Shown: in pieces, positions 38,845 to 51,113 of the stretch
Layout of the letters: the number at the start of each line of letters is the position of its first letter
How positions within the stretch are numbered: position 1 is the stretch's first letter
Assembly: GCA_965153285.1 (NCBI GenBank)
Contig: OZ229111.1
Strand: one strand, 5' to 3'
From: Podarcis tiliguerta
Lineage: Eukaryota
Length of the DNA: 64,000 nt
Notes under the pieces: generated by a model
What the model was told of the DNA's origin: nothing
Database searches by the model: none
What the model saw: the letters and a program-made list of their open reading frames with translations, nothing else
Program-made: the position numbers and the translations under genes

Positions 38845-40949
38845 TGCCTGGACCCTGCAGGGCAGGGCCGCATGCCCAGGCAGCTTCTCCACAAGATGGA
38901 CTCTCCTTGCTTCGAGAGCACCTCTGTCAAAGGCGGCTGCTGTTCAGCACAGCTGAGCTCAGTTGTGTGTTTTTTTAATTTATAACACTTCTTGCAGGCC
39001 AGGCACTGCCATATGCATCCCCTCGGCCACATCATATCCTTCAACCCCCCTGAATTTAGGTACACTTCCTGTTGCTGTCATTGACTCCAAGCCAGCAGGC
39101 ACTGGGCTTTTCCCATGGGGCATGTACAAGGGGGCTGAACATGCTCAGGTTTTCTACCTCAGCCTGAATCTGTAGCTCCTTTTCTGCATTTGCCCCAGGA
39201 AGCCTGTCTCGTACTGTAGCTGGGACACATCCCCTTTGGTGTGGTGCTTTTCTCGATGGGGTAAAAGCTGATCTCACAGGCAACATCGCTCCTGTGAGCC
39301 CAGCTGGCCACTAGCCAAGTGTGTTTTTGCTGCAGCGCTTAGCAGCTGTTTTGACAAGTGTGTGTGTTGCTCAGAGTTGGTTGAGATATTTACGTGGGCA
39401 TATCGTGCAGCAGCCTGCCCAGCTGTGCCACCTGATATGCTTTGGTGACGGAGGGAGATATTGACAAGCCATTCTCCCACCTGCAATCAGATGCGCTGGT
39501 AAGTGAAAGATTGTACCATCTGTCCACTTAAACATTAGACTCTGCTCTTTGTGCATATAGCTCCTTTCCTTTGCAGGTAGGGACTGCTAGATACGCATAG
39601 CAAAGACACAAGGCCCAGTTTTTGGTCTGGGGAGCTTAGTGAATGCAACAGCAGGCACACTATGCCATGACTAACAGAAGTGCAGAGATGAAGCCCACAA
39701 CAACCAGAGGAATGAGTCTGAATAATAATAATAGACTCCCAAGCTTCTCCAAGAAAAGAAAAACAGATATAGCGGGGGCCAGAGTTTGTCCCATGCATTG
39801 TATTCTGGTTGGGAGAAGTACGAGCTAGGTTGATCTTTATGGGCTACTGCAGGGGTGAACCTGATTGCACTGCTCTCTTCCACCAGCAGAAGGTGCCCAT
39901 GGCACCAGCCCTTCACTGTGTGACCAGGCTGCCTGTACTATCCAGGAGCAGACAAGGATGGTTGCTGTTTTTTAATTTACTAACTGTGTGTGACTTGTAA
40001 CCAGAAGTGTCGGGGAGGGCAGCAAGCATTGTGCTTGAAGCAAGGAATTTTAACTTATGTGCATCTATGATTGTCTCTCTCCCCCACCACCCTCCAAAGT
40101 GGAAGGGGTGTTAACTTCCATACAATGGAATATTATTAAATTATTATTCCTTAAGGCGGTGAGCTATGTGTATTCTTCTCTCCATTTTATGGAGCACTGT
40201 CCTAAAGGCTGGCACAGCAGCAGTACAAGATGGGATTGGGTGCAAGGAAGGCAGCGGTAAACATCAGCTGCCATACAAAACTGTCATTGTTGTTCCCCAA
40301 GAGGAGTTAAAAGAAAACATATGACACACCACAGCTCCCATTCTTCATGACAATATAATTTTGTTCCCCGTCCCCATTAATTGACAGAGCCCTGTCCAGA
40401 GTTCTTGAATAGTAATAGTTAGTGATTATTGGCCATATGGAGGGAAGAGGGATCAGTCTCTGTAAGGCAGTAGAGTTCCAAAGAAGAGGATTGTATTCTG
40501 TCTTCCCTTTGTGCAACAGGAGCAGCACATGTTAGCCTGAAATAAAAGCACAGCATGCTGTTCTTTCTCCTCACCGGGTCTGCCTGGGACTGTTCTCTTG
40601 CAGCAGCTGAACTCCTACTGCAGAACCACACAAGCAGGCATTTTCTTCTTTGCACATTAGGGTTACTTTCCAGTAATAGGGCAATGGCCTGTGGCACTGG
40701 ACAACCCCTGAACCTGGCCCAGGTCACCGTGCCTTATGCTAAGCAGTGATTCTGAGGAGCACTCCAGCCAGCTTACAAACCTCCTTATCCCACTACACTC
40801 CTAGGATTCCAGCAGAGGGTTAGTATTTTCTCAGCATAAAAGTCAACAAGGAGCCCCCGCTCCCAAGGCACAGGGTGGGGATTCCCCTTGTAAGAGGGTA
40901 AGACAGGGAGGGCCCTCTCAGCAGGTCCAATACTCAAGGCCCAGGACCG

Positions 40950-41081
40950 CTACATGATGATGCGTGGCTCCGGTACAGACTCCGCAATGGACTTGTGAGG
41001 CAGCACGTTGGCACCATTGAGGTAGAGTTCATCGTTCACAATGACATCCTCTCCCAGCACTGACACATTCTCCATCCGTAC
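40950..41081 (-). CDS. GMPPB: Mannose-1-phosphate guanylyltransferase beta, last coding exon
   Basis: ctcag|[43 protein letters not shown]; all nine coding exons sum to 360 aa. Confidence 0.96.
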   Translation of the reverse strand, partial: VRMENVSVLGEDVIVNDELYLNGANVLPHKSIAESVPEPRIIM

Positions 41082-42021
41082 CTGAGGAAGGGCGTGACAT
41101 ACAGTTAGACAACTCTATGCTGAGCTGAGAGGAAGTAGTATGTTACAAGTCTATCGACTTAGGCTAAGGCAGTTACTTGCCTGCATGGTACAATCCTATG
41201 GCTACTCAGGAGTCAGTTTCTAACAGGTTCTGCCCTTGCTTTTCTGGCTCTGGGCTGCTAATTAAAAGCAGGAACAGCCAGATTGAGGTGCCATGATGCC
41301 TGTAGAGTTTCCCTAAATCTTACTCAAATTGCCACTAAATCTGGTACCAATTCAACTCATAGGGAAAGGACAGCTTGATACCTGGCACAAAGCAACACTG
41401 AGAGATATTAAATTGGGACTTTATAGGGCAAGTTTCCCTGTTATGAAAGCAGCTCTCAAAATAATAAGGGTATTGAGTATGAACACACAACCACCGCAAA
41501 GGTACAAGTCCACCATAAGTGAGAGAACAAACATGCAGGCATGTGAAGAAACTACATCACAGTAGCATTTGTGTGGACTGCGCATTCCAGCTCACTCATC
41601 AGTAAAAGCACTAGTTAAGATGCAGCTCTGACCAACATTGCAATTCTTAAGTCCCAGACACACTGGCTGGGGGAGGTTAGGCTATGACCTGATCTCCCCA
41701 CCCCTGTGGCTCAGGTGGCCTTAAGCTGGCGACTTCACCTGGCTGAAGTAAAGCTCTCCTGGCACAAGCTATCCCAGTGTGCAGGGCAAAAAGGGGGCAT
41801 GTTATGGCCAGAAACAGGCACATTGGGGCCACCGAGAGGAATAAACAAAATTATCCTGCATTCCAGCTCTCTCCATTTACTGGTCCTGCCCAGAGAGGTA
41901 ACATTTCCCCATAGAAGAGCAGAAAATGTTTACATTCCCTCAACCTACAGCAGTTGGGCTGCAGCTTCACTTTCCCCAGTGTGTATCTGCCCGATGAGGA
42001 CTGCTCTGTCACATAACTCAC

Positions 42022-42204
42022 CCACTGGCCTACAGAGGAGCTCCAGCCAACAATGCAGGACTCCAGCCACGAATGAGACCGGATCCGCGACCCCTTCAGC
42101 ACAGTGCAACGTTTGATCCGAACCCCGTCCTCTATCACCACTCCTGCCCCAATGGTGACATTGGGACCAATACTGCAGTTCGATCCAATCTTGGCAGTTG
42201 GGTC
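42022..42204 (-). CDS. GMPPB: GMPPB coding exon 8 (left-handed beta-helix)
   Basis: cttcag|[16 protein letters not shown]...SSSVGQW|gtgagt. Confidence 0.96.
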
Positions 42205-42462
42205 CTGAAGTTGGAGGGGGGAAATTGTGCATGAAAGCTTTTCTTGAGCAGCTTCCACAGCTCCGGTCTGGGAAGTAGCTTCCTCCTCCTCAGAGGAAAC
42301 TAGATGGGAGAGAACAACATTCCCTCACAGCTCTAGTCCACAAGATGGTAGATGTAATATCAAGAGCTGCTGTTGCCTTGCTCAATATACTACCACTTTT
42401 AGATCAGCCTTTAATGAAGTACTGCCCACCCTCGCTCCAAAGAAATACAAGAATATAATTAC

Positions 42463-42590
42463 CACTAATACATTCCCCATGAAACCCGGTCCTGAGTGCA
42501 GCCTCTCGGGATGTTTCAGCCGTAGATATTGCAGATACATGCACATGCCAGTCAGAAAGTCTTTGGGCTGCCCAATGTCCATCCAGAACC
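42463..42590 (-). CDS. GMPPB: GMPPB coding exon 7
   Basis: cacag|(G)[15 protein letters not shown]...GNVLV|gtaatt. Confidence 0.96.
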
Positions 42591-42914
42591 CTGTGATGAC
42601 AAAGCTGCATTAATAAGACACCTGTCTCCATTGATGGACCTTATACCAGCCTCCCTCCCCGAAGGCAGCATAAAGCAAGATGTGAAGTGAAACCGCATTA
42701 CGTTATTTCATTCAAACATTGCCCTACAGGGCCCTTGCATGTTATGTGGTATCTTCCACATCTTGATCTTATTTTTACTTCTCAACTCCAGTCCCAGGTC
42801 TTCACTGACTTAACATCTAATTGTCTAATATGCCCTCTCCTCAAACCACTGCCTACATTTGTGAGAGCCCCTTAGGATCAAAGTACCATTCCAAATCCTT
42901 CCATGTGCCCTTAC

Positions 42915-42993
42915 CTTGGAGTTCCATGGCATAGAGTTGTCCTTGTTCTGCCATCACTGGGAATATCTCCTTCTCAATCGAGGTAGGCCGCAG
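42915..42993 (-). CDS. GMPPB: GMPPB coding exon 6
   Basis: ccttag|[26 protein letters not shown](G)|gtaag. Confidence 0.95.
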
Positions 42994-43185
42994 CTAAGGG
43001 AAGGCAAGAGTACTACCAGTTGGCCATTTATGTTGTAAAGACTAGAGATGTACTGTTCCCACAGACATCATCATCCTTAATCTCACCGGCATGAAAGGAT
43101 GAGATGCCCAACTAAACCACAACCTCAAAAACCCCAGCCAGTCTGCCCTGTGCAAGATCCCTGTTCCACCCTTCCTGCCTCATAC

Positions 43186-43344
43186 CTCGATCCGCTGTAG
43201 CACGCTTGGGTTTAAGATGTACATGCCAGAGTTGATCTTGTTGGAAACAAAAACTTGGGGTTTCTCCACAAAGCGGTGTATGCGCCCTGTATCTGACTCA
43301 CACACCACAACGCCATATTTGGAGGGCTCCTCCACTTTGGTCAC
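43186..43344 (-). CDS. GMPPB: GMPPB coding exon 5
   Basis: ttgcag|[14 protein letters not shown]...FVEKP...LQRIE|gtatg. Confidence 0.96.
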
Positions 43345-44071
43345 CTGCAAGGCAAAGTTGGCATCACACCCAGCCATGGTACTCGGAGGGCACAGAAAGA
43401 GCTCTATTGAACTGCCATGCCTAGTTTACTATCCCAATCTCTTATTTTAAAAAGAACCCCATGAGCAAAAAAAAGGATAGGAAACAACCACTTTACTCCA
43501 ACCACTTCTGTTTTTGCATTATAGAAAGATATGGGTGTGCAGTTCATCCCTAAAATAAGAACACACACCCTAATTCTTCTTTGTTTATGAACTAATAAGC
43601 GTGCTCCTGTGCATGTAAACAAGGGGAGGCATTTATAACACCCAGAGGAGGAGCTTGGTTTTTTTTTTAAGTGGGTTGCAGAGGGTTGGACTAGATGTCC
43701 CTTGGGGTCCTTTCCAACTCTACAATCCTATGATTCTTCTTTGTTCCTGCAATTACAGTTTTTGCCAAGCATTAAGGGTTTGTGGAAGTGATGGAGCTCT
43801 TTCTGCCTATGTCTCCAGCTGGCCTGCAAAACTTAGCTTTCTGGCAGCTTTGCAACCAACAGAAACTAGGTTGTCCAAGGATCCGCAGGCAATTCCAAGC
43901 AAAAGAGCAAGGGATCTACCCTTTGGCTTTCCAAAGATGTTGACAGACTACAGTTATCATCATCCCTGACTGTTGGCTCATACTGATGGAAGCTGAATCC
44001 AGCAACCTCTGGAGGGCCACTCCTGCAATGGAGCAATGCAAGCATGGAGTGGGTGCCCCTCGGGTACTTAC

Positions 44072-44214
44072 CACAATGGTGCCCTCTTTTCCATGATGCC
44101 TGTGGAAGTGCACCATGTCTTTGAAGGGGAAATCGCAGATCACATCACTGTTGAGCACAAAAAAAGGCTCTGCATTCTCGGTCAACAGCTCCCGCGCTAG
44201 TGCCAGGGGTCCAG
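44072..44214 (-). CDS. GMPPB: GMPPB coding exon 4
   Basis: ccacag|(A)[10 protein letters not shown]...[14 protein letters not shown]...EGTIV|gtaagt. Confidence 0.96.
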
Positions 44215-44463
44215 CTGTGGAGGAAACCAGAGCCCTCAATATTCACCTATTCATGTGCCCTTCAGCAACAACAGCCAGCATGCACTGCTCAACTCACATT
44301 AGAAAGTTTCATCCTATATAGCTCCTGATCAGAACAAGTAGTACCCAATCCTCCACCTGTGTATAGCCAGGACACTCCAGGTTGCCACAAGTTTTGATTC
44401 TGATCCCACATTTACTCCCCCTGTAACCTCACTTCTCCACAAGAAAGTGGCTGCTTCAGTTAC

Positions 44464-44512
44464 CTGTGCCCAGTGGTTCCTTCTCATGCGACAGGGAAAT
44501 ATGAATGCCCAG
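44464..44512 (-). CDS. GMPPB: GMPPB coding exon 3
   Basis: ttcctag|LGIHISLSHEKEPLGT(A)|gtaac. Confidence 0.94.
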
Positions 44513-46452
44513 CTAGGAAACAAAGTAGAATTTGGAAAACAGAATTAGAAGATGCGCACCACCAACGGAATATGTGTGCCAGTGACCTGGCTATATACCC
44601 TTCCCTTAGTCATCAGATTTTCATAAATCCTCTCTAATAGAACTAGACAACCATATCAATATTATTCAATGATGAATTTATGGTGACCTACAGATTGCAA
44701 GCTCCCTGGCTTTGTGGGGGTACTTATTCTAATGAAGCGACAGATTAACAGCATAAATTAAGATAAAATAACTAAACAGGAGGTTAGAATCAGTGGCTTA
44801 GATCCTCAGATAAGTTAACTTGAGGAAGTTCACAAAATGAAAGTTTCCTGTTCCCTCCTCCCCCTGAAAACCTCCCTAGAGCAATGTGGGATGGAGGATG
44901 GCTGATAACTGCCCTAAATTTGCCTTGAATCCTAAGGTAACTTCAGAAAGTTCATAGAAGGAAGGTTTCCTAACTACTACTCCTCCCAAAGTCACCTGCA
45001 CTTTGTCCCACAATTGGGGACCCCATTCCTTCAGAGAAGCTATTGGAGAAGCACAGGTGGCTGCGGGTGTAGATAGAAAATGGGAAATCTTCCTTCCATG
45101 AACTTTCTGAAGCTGTTTTGTCTTAGGATTCAAGCCAATAGGCACAATTGCACCCTTGAAGCCCCAAAATAAAAAGAATGCAGTCAGTGGGTAGGATTCA
45201 GTGTTACACTAATTTGATCATTTTGTCAGCACAAGCATATACACTTTGCAAACAGCATGATCTCCCATCTCCTTCCCCCGTGCTCTTCAGTGGGTTCTCC
45301 CAACCTACGGGAGCATATTTGGGGAAGGCATGGGGGCACACAGGGCAAAGGGGGGAAGCCCCGTTGCACTTCCACTAGCAAATCAGTTGAATCTGGTCCC
45401 AATGTAACAATGGAGAGGGTGCTAAGCTTTTTATGCTGGAATGTCTGAAATAAGATGTGCATTAAAAGTATAGGTTGTATTTGGCGAAGCACAAAGAATA
45501 CATTTCGTCAGCAGAAAAAAAAATCTGCTTGTACTATCTGCTTGTACAATGTCCCCACCCCCCCAACACTCTCTAAATATGTTCTGAAACCCTCTGGAAC
45601 AGATCTGAGGACAGCACAGTGCATGGTAGTGGGGTCCAATGCATTAGTACTAATCCTTGAGCTAGTGCATCTATTTTGAATACAACCCTGTCTTCCAATA
45701 GTTATAGACAATAGGTTCCATCTATTTGAAAATAATAGGTTTCTGGCCAATGTAATCTGCCAGTGAATCGTATCAAATCACAAAAAGAGAGTGCTGCTGT
45801 TAGAGTGTACCACTAGATAGATCTTTACTGAAGGAAAGTTTTCTTGCTTCTAACCAACACTTGTGTAGCTGGTATTGCCAATGAAACTGAATCCATACAC
45901 CTTCAGTTACAGGAAGCTATGAAAAGTGGTATGGCACAGTGCCAAGAGAAAGTCACACCCTGCTTTTTACAGTGTAGGAAGTGAGCATTTATGGATATAC
46001 TTGCACAACATGCACTTATTTTGGCTTAGTTGGCTTCAGTTAAAATTATAATATATTGTATAGTTGTAATCTAATTAAAACTCATGCACTGCACTATAGT
46101 TAATTTGAGTTTCACATAGAGGCCCTAGCACATACAGGCTATCTAACTCAGCAAAGTCCAAAGCAAACCCCTTTCCTTGCAGTTGCAAAACTCCCCAAGA
46201 ATAAAGAGAACTATCAAATACCCACCTCATGAACACTGAAAGATAATCACTAGTGATTCACAAGGCTATGCTTTGTGAAAGCAGCATGAGTCTAGGTAAG
46301 GCTATTGAGCCACTAGCTTTCATAGAACCTCAGCCACATTAAGACAAAATGCTATAGCAAATGAAGAGTTCCAATCAACTCCTGCACATCTACAGGACCC
46401 CCAACCATCAGGTTCAGGAAAGCAGCCTAAGAACTATCAACTCAAAACTTAC

Positions 46453-46533
46453 CCTTTGCTCTTGTTCTTTCATCTCCTTTTCCAGCAGTTCTGACATATA
46501 ACTGACAGCAAGGATCACATGGTTCACACCTGC
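46453..46533 (-). CDS. GMPPB: GMPPB coding exon 2
   Basis: ctgacag|[27 protein letters not shown]|gtaagt. Confidence 0.95.
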
Positions 46534-47099
46534 CTGTCAGAGAAGAGGAATAGTAACTCCAAGACACTGGAACTATGCACACAACTGAGGTGATCAGGTG
46601 TCCAGACTCAGGAAGGCAATATCCATCCAACTGGACCAGAGACCATAATTATTTAGGAGATTTAAGGGATGGTTATGCAAGATTGGAACAGAGAGAAACA
46701 TTTCTAATCCTTTCCCCATCAACTCACTTTGCTGAGCAAAAGGAAGCTAAATCAGCAAAAGGGCAGCAGTTAGAATTCACACATTCCACTCCTAAATCTG
46801 GAAGAAGACCACCCATCACTTAGGCATTAGTCTGTGATCCATTTGTATGAGCCACTTTCCCCGGCTATAGCACAAGTTATCCAAAATGTACATCCATCCC
46901 TATTTATCTGTACAGCAAAGCAAAGAAATTTATCTTCAGTTAGCACAGAAATGGGGAGATGCCTAGAAATGCACAGGAAACGTGGCAGAGGGCACAGCAC
47001 AAGAAGCCTCCCAGATGTGTGCAGGAGACTTTGCCATGGAATAACTCAACAGCAAAAGCTTCACCTATTGAATTCCAGTCTGCCATGCAGCTCTTAAAA

Positions 47100-48420
47100 G
47101 GCACAGCGTCCTTTTCAGGAAAAAGAGGCCCCTGGATCTCTCTTCTCCCCCGCCCGCTCTTCTAAGCGGGCGGCAGCCTCACCTTCACCCACCCACCTAA
47201 ACACAGAAGGCTGGTGCTCAATCCTACCTTCACCAGAGCCTCCACCTGGTGCAGCAGGATAGGCTTGTTGCAAAATTCCACCAGGGGCTTCGGGATGCTG
47301 AGGGTCAGGGGCCGCAGCCGCGTGCCATAGCCCCCCACCAAGATCAGCGCCTTCATCCTTGCCTGAAAGAGGGCGGAGGAAAGGGCGAAGCGTCAGACCC
47401 CTCGCCGCCCCCAAGGCCTCACCGGCCCCGCTGCCTGCCAGGTCCCCCTCGATGGTCTCCCAACCTCCCCGCGTCGACCCCCCGCCAAGCAGGACTTGCC
47501 GGCGGCCCCTCGAACTCAGAGCCCGGCCGCCGCCGCCCCTGGAGCCCTCGGTGCCCAGAGGCCCGTAGCCAACGTCACCCCTCCGCACTCGGCCCCGCGT
47601 AACTCACCTGACCCGGCCCGGAGGTGCCACTCCGCCTACAGCCGACAGAACCAGCCACCACGACATCTCCGTCAAACTCCCTACCGAACCGATCGACCAA
47701 TCAGTGCGCCGGACGTGTCCAAAATTCCTAACCATCCAATGGCGGCAGAGAGCGGCGATGTTTGTCGGCCAATCAGAACGCTAGCTACCGCGTTGCCGCA
47801 GCAACGCGGACAGGTTAGAAATGCGACCGCTTTGCGTCATCGCCAAGGCGCCGCAGCAGACACGTCTCTAGGAAGGCGGCTTCAAGTTAAAGCCCCGCCC
47901 CTATTTCCCCTTAGCACCGCCTTTAGGTGGGCGGGGCGCGGCGGCGTCACGCGTGCGCGACGCCAAGTGAGCCCTAGCAACAAAGGCTTCCGCCTCCTCG
48001 TTCTCCGTAGTAGTGGCAACGTTCGTGACGTGCGGCGCTGCCATGTTTGTAGTGGCTTTGCACTTGCTAACCGGGTGAGGGGAAGGCGTAGCGGGAGGAA
48101 CTGCTTCGCTCTTCTCTGTCGGCTCCTCTACCCGCTTTAAAGCAGGAGGTTGACAGGAGGAAGAGGGAGGAGGCGCGAGAGCGAGCGGCTGCAGGCGAGT
48201 CCCAGGGATGCGCTGGGTGGGCAAAGGAAGGGCCTGGACCTGGGCGCGTCCCCGCCGCCCTCTGCGGGTGACGACGGGTCCGTTACTCTCGGGGAGGGGG
48301 CTTAGCGTTGCTTGTCTTGGGCTTAACCGGGAGTGGGGTGAGTGCGTCCGTGTTTCTCTTCTTAGGGGACGCTCCGGTTTTGCTAAGTTAAAAACCGAGC
48401 TGCATCGTTGACAGTAAGGA
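47100..48420. promoter_or_regulatory. CpG-island bidirectional promoter shared by GMPPB (-) and NICN1 (+)
   Basis: Very CpG-rich; CCAAT at 47697, 47736, 47769; GC boxes ~47893 and ~47929; GACGTGTC 47712 and GACACGTC 47859; TGACGTG 48026; lies between divergent 5' ends. Confidence 0.85.
47228..47356 (-). CDS. GMPPB: GMPPB first coding exon (acceptor boundary at 47362; probable non-coding exon 1 ends at 47608)
   Basis: [43 protein letters not shown]|gtagga, nucleotidyltransferase GGxGTRLxPLT motif; upstream CAG|gtgagt donor at 47608. Confidence 0.96.
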
Positions 48421-48974
48421 AGCCTGTGTGGAGGGGATCATCATTATATTATTGCTACGTTTTTATTGCTAAAATGTTTTGTTTTCTAAAAGAAAATAAT
48501 AGTATGTAAAACCTTGGAGGAGCTTGATCCCATGTGTCTTTAATCAGAAGTGTGCCCCTCACCCCTGAATGTGATGTGGCTTACTTCCAAGTAAGCATAC
48601 ATAGGATTGTACCTTCTTGGTTTTATTGGACCATGGCCTTTCACAGCAGGCAGCATCAGATACGTGAAACAAAGCTATCGTGCTACTTGCTTTGTTGGTG
48701 GAATATGATCCCCCAAGTATACATGTTATAGTCATTAGTAGTCTGCATTTGTATTGGAATTCTGAATGGATGTTTTGTTGCTGGTGTGTGTGCTGCCCTG
48801 GGCTTTACTATTCAATTTATTTACTACTACTACAACTAATAATAATAATACAGTAATAATAATAAATAAATAAAAACAGGGGGCAGGTTCCCAAGTTTCA
48901 GTGTAGGGAGGTGGAGCTTGTAATATTTATGTGCTGCTTAACGGAGTCCACTACTCTCTTCCAGCATGGGGACC

Positions 48975-49106
48975 ATGGCTCACGAGCCTGTTCCCTGCAT
49001 TTTAAAGAGCCCAGTCTCACTGCAAGTGGGAGACATGAGGACTGAGCAAGGCCGTCCTGGTGTTCTGGTGATTGATGTTGTGCTTCCACACTCACAGACC
49101 ATTGAT
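48975..49106 (+). CDS. NICN1: Nicolin-1 (tubulin polyglutamylase complex subunit), first coding exon; in-frame upstream ATG at 48966
   Basis: acceptor ctcttccag| before 48965; accATGG Kozak; MAHEPVPCILKSPVSLQVGDMRTEQGRPGVLVID...|gtaagt. Confidence 0.92.
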
Positions 49107-49377
49107 GTAAGTATGGGAGGAAACCAAGTGTGTGGGGCTTGGAATTGTCAGATGTTATGTTTGAAGTCTCTCATTTTAGCTGTAAAGCTGATATAGAAAC
49201 TATGATGGTGAACCAGGAAGTACCTGCTTCAAAACTCACCTTTGTTAACTCACTCTGTTACCCTAGGCAAGCTTCTCTACTTTGCTCCAAGCTGTAATTT
49301 AGATATTCAAGCAGTGACCTGTTCCTAGGGTTGCAGTAACGTTTCTGACAGTCCTCCCCTCATATTGCTATCCTCAG

Positions 49378-49566
49378 TTGCAGGAAATAGTATTCAAGAA
49401 CTATTACACAGCCTTTCTGACTCTACGGGTGCAGCGCCGAAACCCTGCAGATGGTGGGAACGAAAGTCCTCCCAAGTGGGTTACTTGTCTGCAGAATTAC
49501 TGCCTGATGCCCAACCCTCACACAGAAGAAGGCTCTCAGGATTACTTCTCTCTCTCCAGACATCAG
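49378..49566 (+). CDS. NICN1: NICN1 coding exon 2
   Basis: cctcag|LQEIVFKNYYTAFL...KWVTCLQNYCLMPNPHTEEGSQDY...HQ|gtagta. Confidence 0.94.
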
Positions 49567-49572
49567 GTAGTA

Positions 49573-49786
49573 CAGTCATACCTCACATTACAGACACTTC
49601 AGGTTGAGCATTTTTGGGTTGTGCACCGCTCCGAACCCAGAAGTACTGGAACGGGTTACTTCTGGGTTTCGGCGCTTGCTCATGCACAGAAGCACCAAAT
49701 TGCAACCCGCTCATGCACAGACACGGCACTGCAGGTTGCGAACATGCCTCCCGCACGGATCACATTCGCAACCCAAGCGTCCACTG
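49573..49786. mobile_element. Tc1/mariner (Tigger-like) MITE
   Basis: TA|CAGT ... ACTG|TA termini with internal ggttgcgaac/ttcgcaacc inverted motifs. Confidence 0.75.
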
Positions 49787-50009
49787 TATTTCTGTTGGTA
49801 TTGCACATAAATCATAGAATTGGAAGGGATGCAAGGGTCATCCAGTCCAACCCCCTGCAATGCAGGAATCTCAGTTATGATATGATTCAATTATTCTGCT
49901 AATTCATATTGTTTCTTGTCTGAAATGGCATCCTGTGCTCCACACAACATTCCTGGTTTATTTTGTTGCGCCATCACACTTTAGCCACCACTGAGTAAAT
50001 CGTGAATAG

Positions 50010-50148
50010 AGCTGGGATAGGGAACTTGTGGCTTCCATATGTTATTGGACTCCAACTCCCATCGATGCCAGCCAGCATGGCCAATGGTCAGAGATTGTGG
50101 GAGCAGTAGTCTTGCAATGTCTGGTGGACGACAAGTTCCCCACCCCTT
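50010..50148. mobile_element. Palindromic MITE (degenerate)
   Basis: gggaacttgt...acaagttccc arms with ggactccaactcccatc core. Confidence 0.65.
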
Positions 50149-50756
50149 CTTTAGTGTGTCAGATGATAATTGAGGGAACGGTATGGACTGTGTGTTTTCT
50201 GTAATAGAATTTCTAAAAAATTATAAAAGTCTGCATGCTCTTACTGCCCATAGGGTACTTTTCAGCTCTGCCTATTACAGGCACCGTTTTGGCTAGTCTT
50301 ATTAAAATGCTTCCGCTACATTGAGTGTTTTGTATTGGAGAAATGCAGAACCAAGGTAATGCTTGGTAACTTTCAGGAAAACAAATTATTAATGATAGGG
50401 ATCCCAGCCAAACTTCATTTTTAATAGTGTGAGTTACAACCTAGCCCACCAAAACCTCAAGAGTATTTAGTAAAGGTTTAGGTACACTGAGGGGAAAGGA
50501 TTGACAGTTGCAATGGTTTTGCAGTTGCAAAGTAATAGGCAAAATGAATGTCTGTTTTTATTATTTTTCTATAGGTTTTTTTTAGTATGCAAGGTCTTTA
50601 CAGGTCTAACTTTCCATTCTTGCAACAAGGTAGATCCTTACAGTTTTGATTTTAACTAAGATTTTAACTATGAGACACAGAAATGCTGGTATGCCTGAAT
50701 CCACCCAGGAAAACTATAGCTGAGCCGAGATTTAACTAGATCTACAAGGTTCAATA

Positions 50757-51113
50757 GGGACGCGGGTGGCACTGTGGGTTAAAGCTTCAGCGCCTAGGAC
50801 TTGCCGATCGAAAGGTCGGCAGTTCGAATCCCCGTGGCGGGGTGCGCTCCCGTTGTTCAGTCCCAGCGCCTGCCAACCTAGCAGTTCGAAAGCACTCTCG
50901 GGTGCAAGTAGATGAATAGGGACCGCTTACTAGCGGGAAGGTAAACAGCGTTTCCGTGTGCGGCTCTGACTCGCCAGATGCAGCTTGTCACGCTGGCCAC
51001 GTGACCCGGAAGTGTCTTCGGACAGCGCTGGCCCCCGGCCTCTTTGAGTGAGATGGGCGCAGAACCCTAGAGTCTGTCAAGACTGGCCCGTACGGGCAGG
51101 GGTACCTTTACCT
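50757..51113 (+). mobile_element. Full-length Sauria SINE in NICN1 intron
   Basis: gggacgcgggtggcactgtgg head, B box, acctttacct tail; TSD tacaaggt(t/c)caat. Confidence 0.92.

Noticed and set aside
47115-48224. Several 100-214-aa ORFs on both strands
   Set aside because: GC-rich CpG-island sequence depleted of stop codons; low-complexity Arg/Pro/Gly translations
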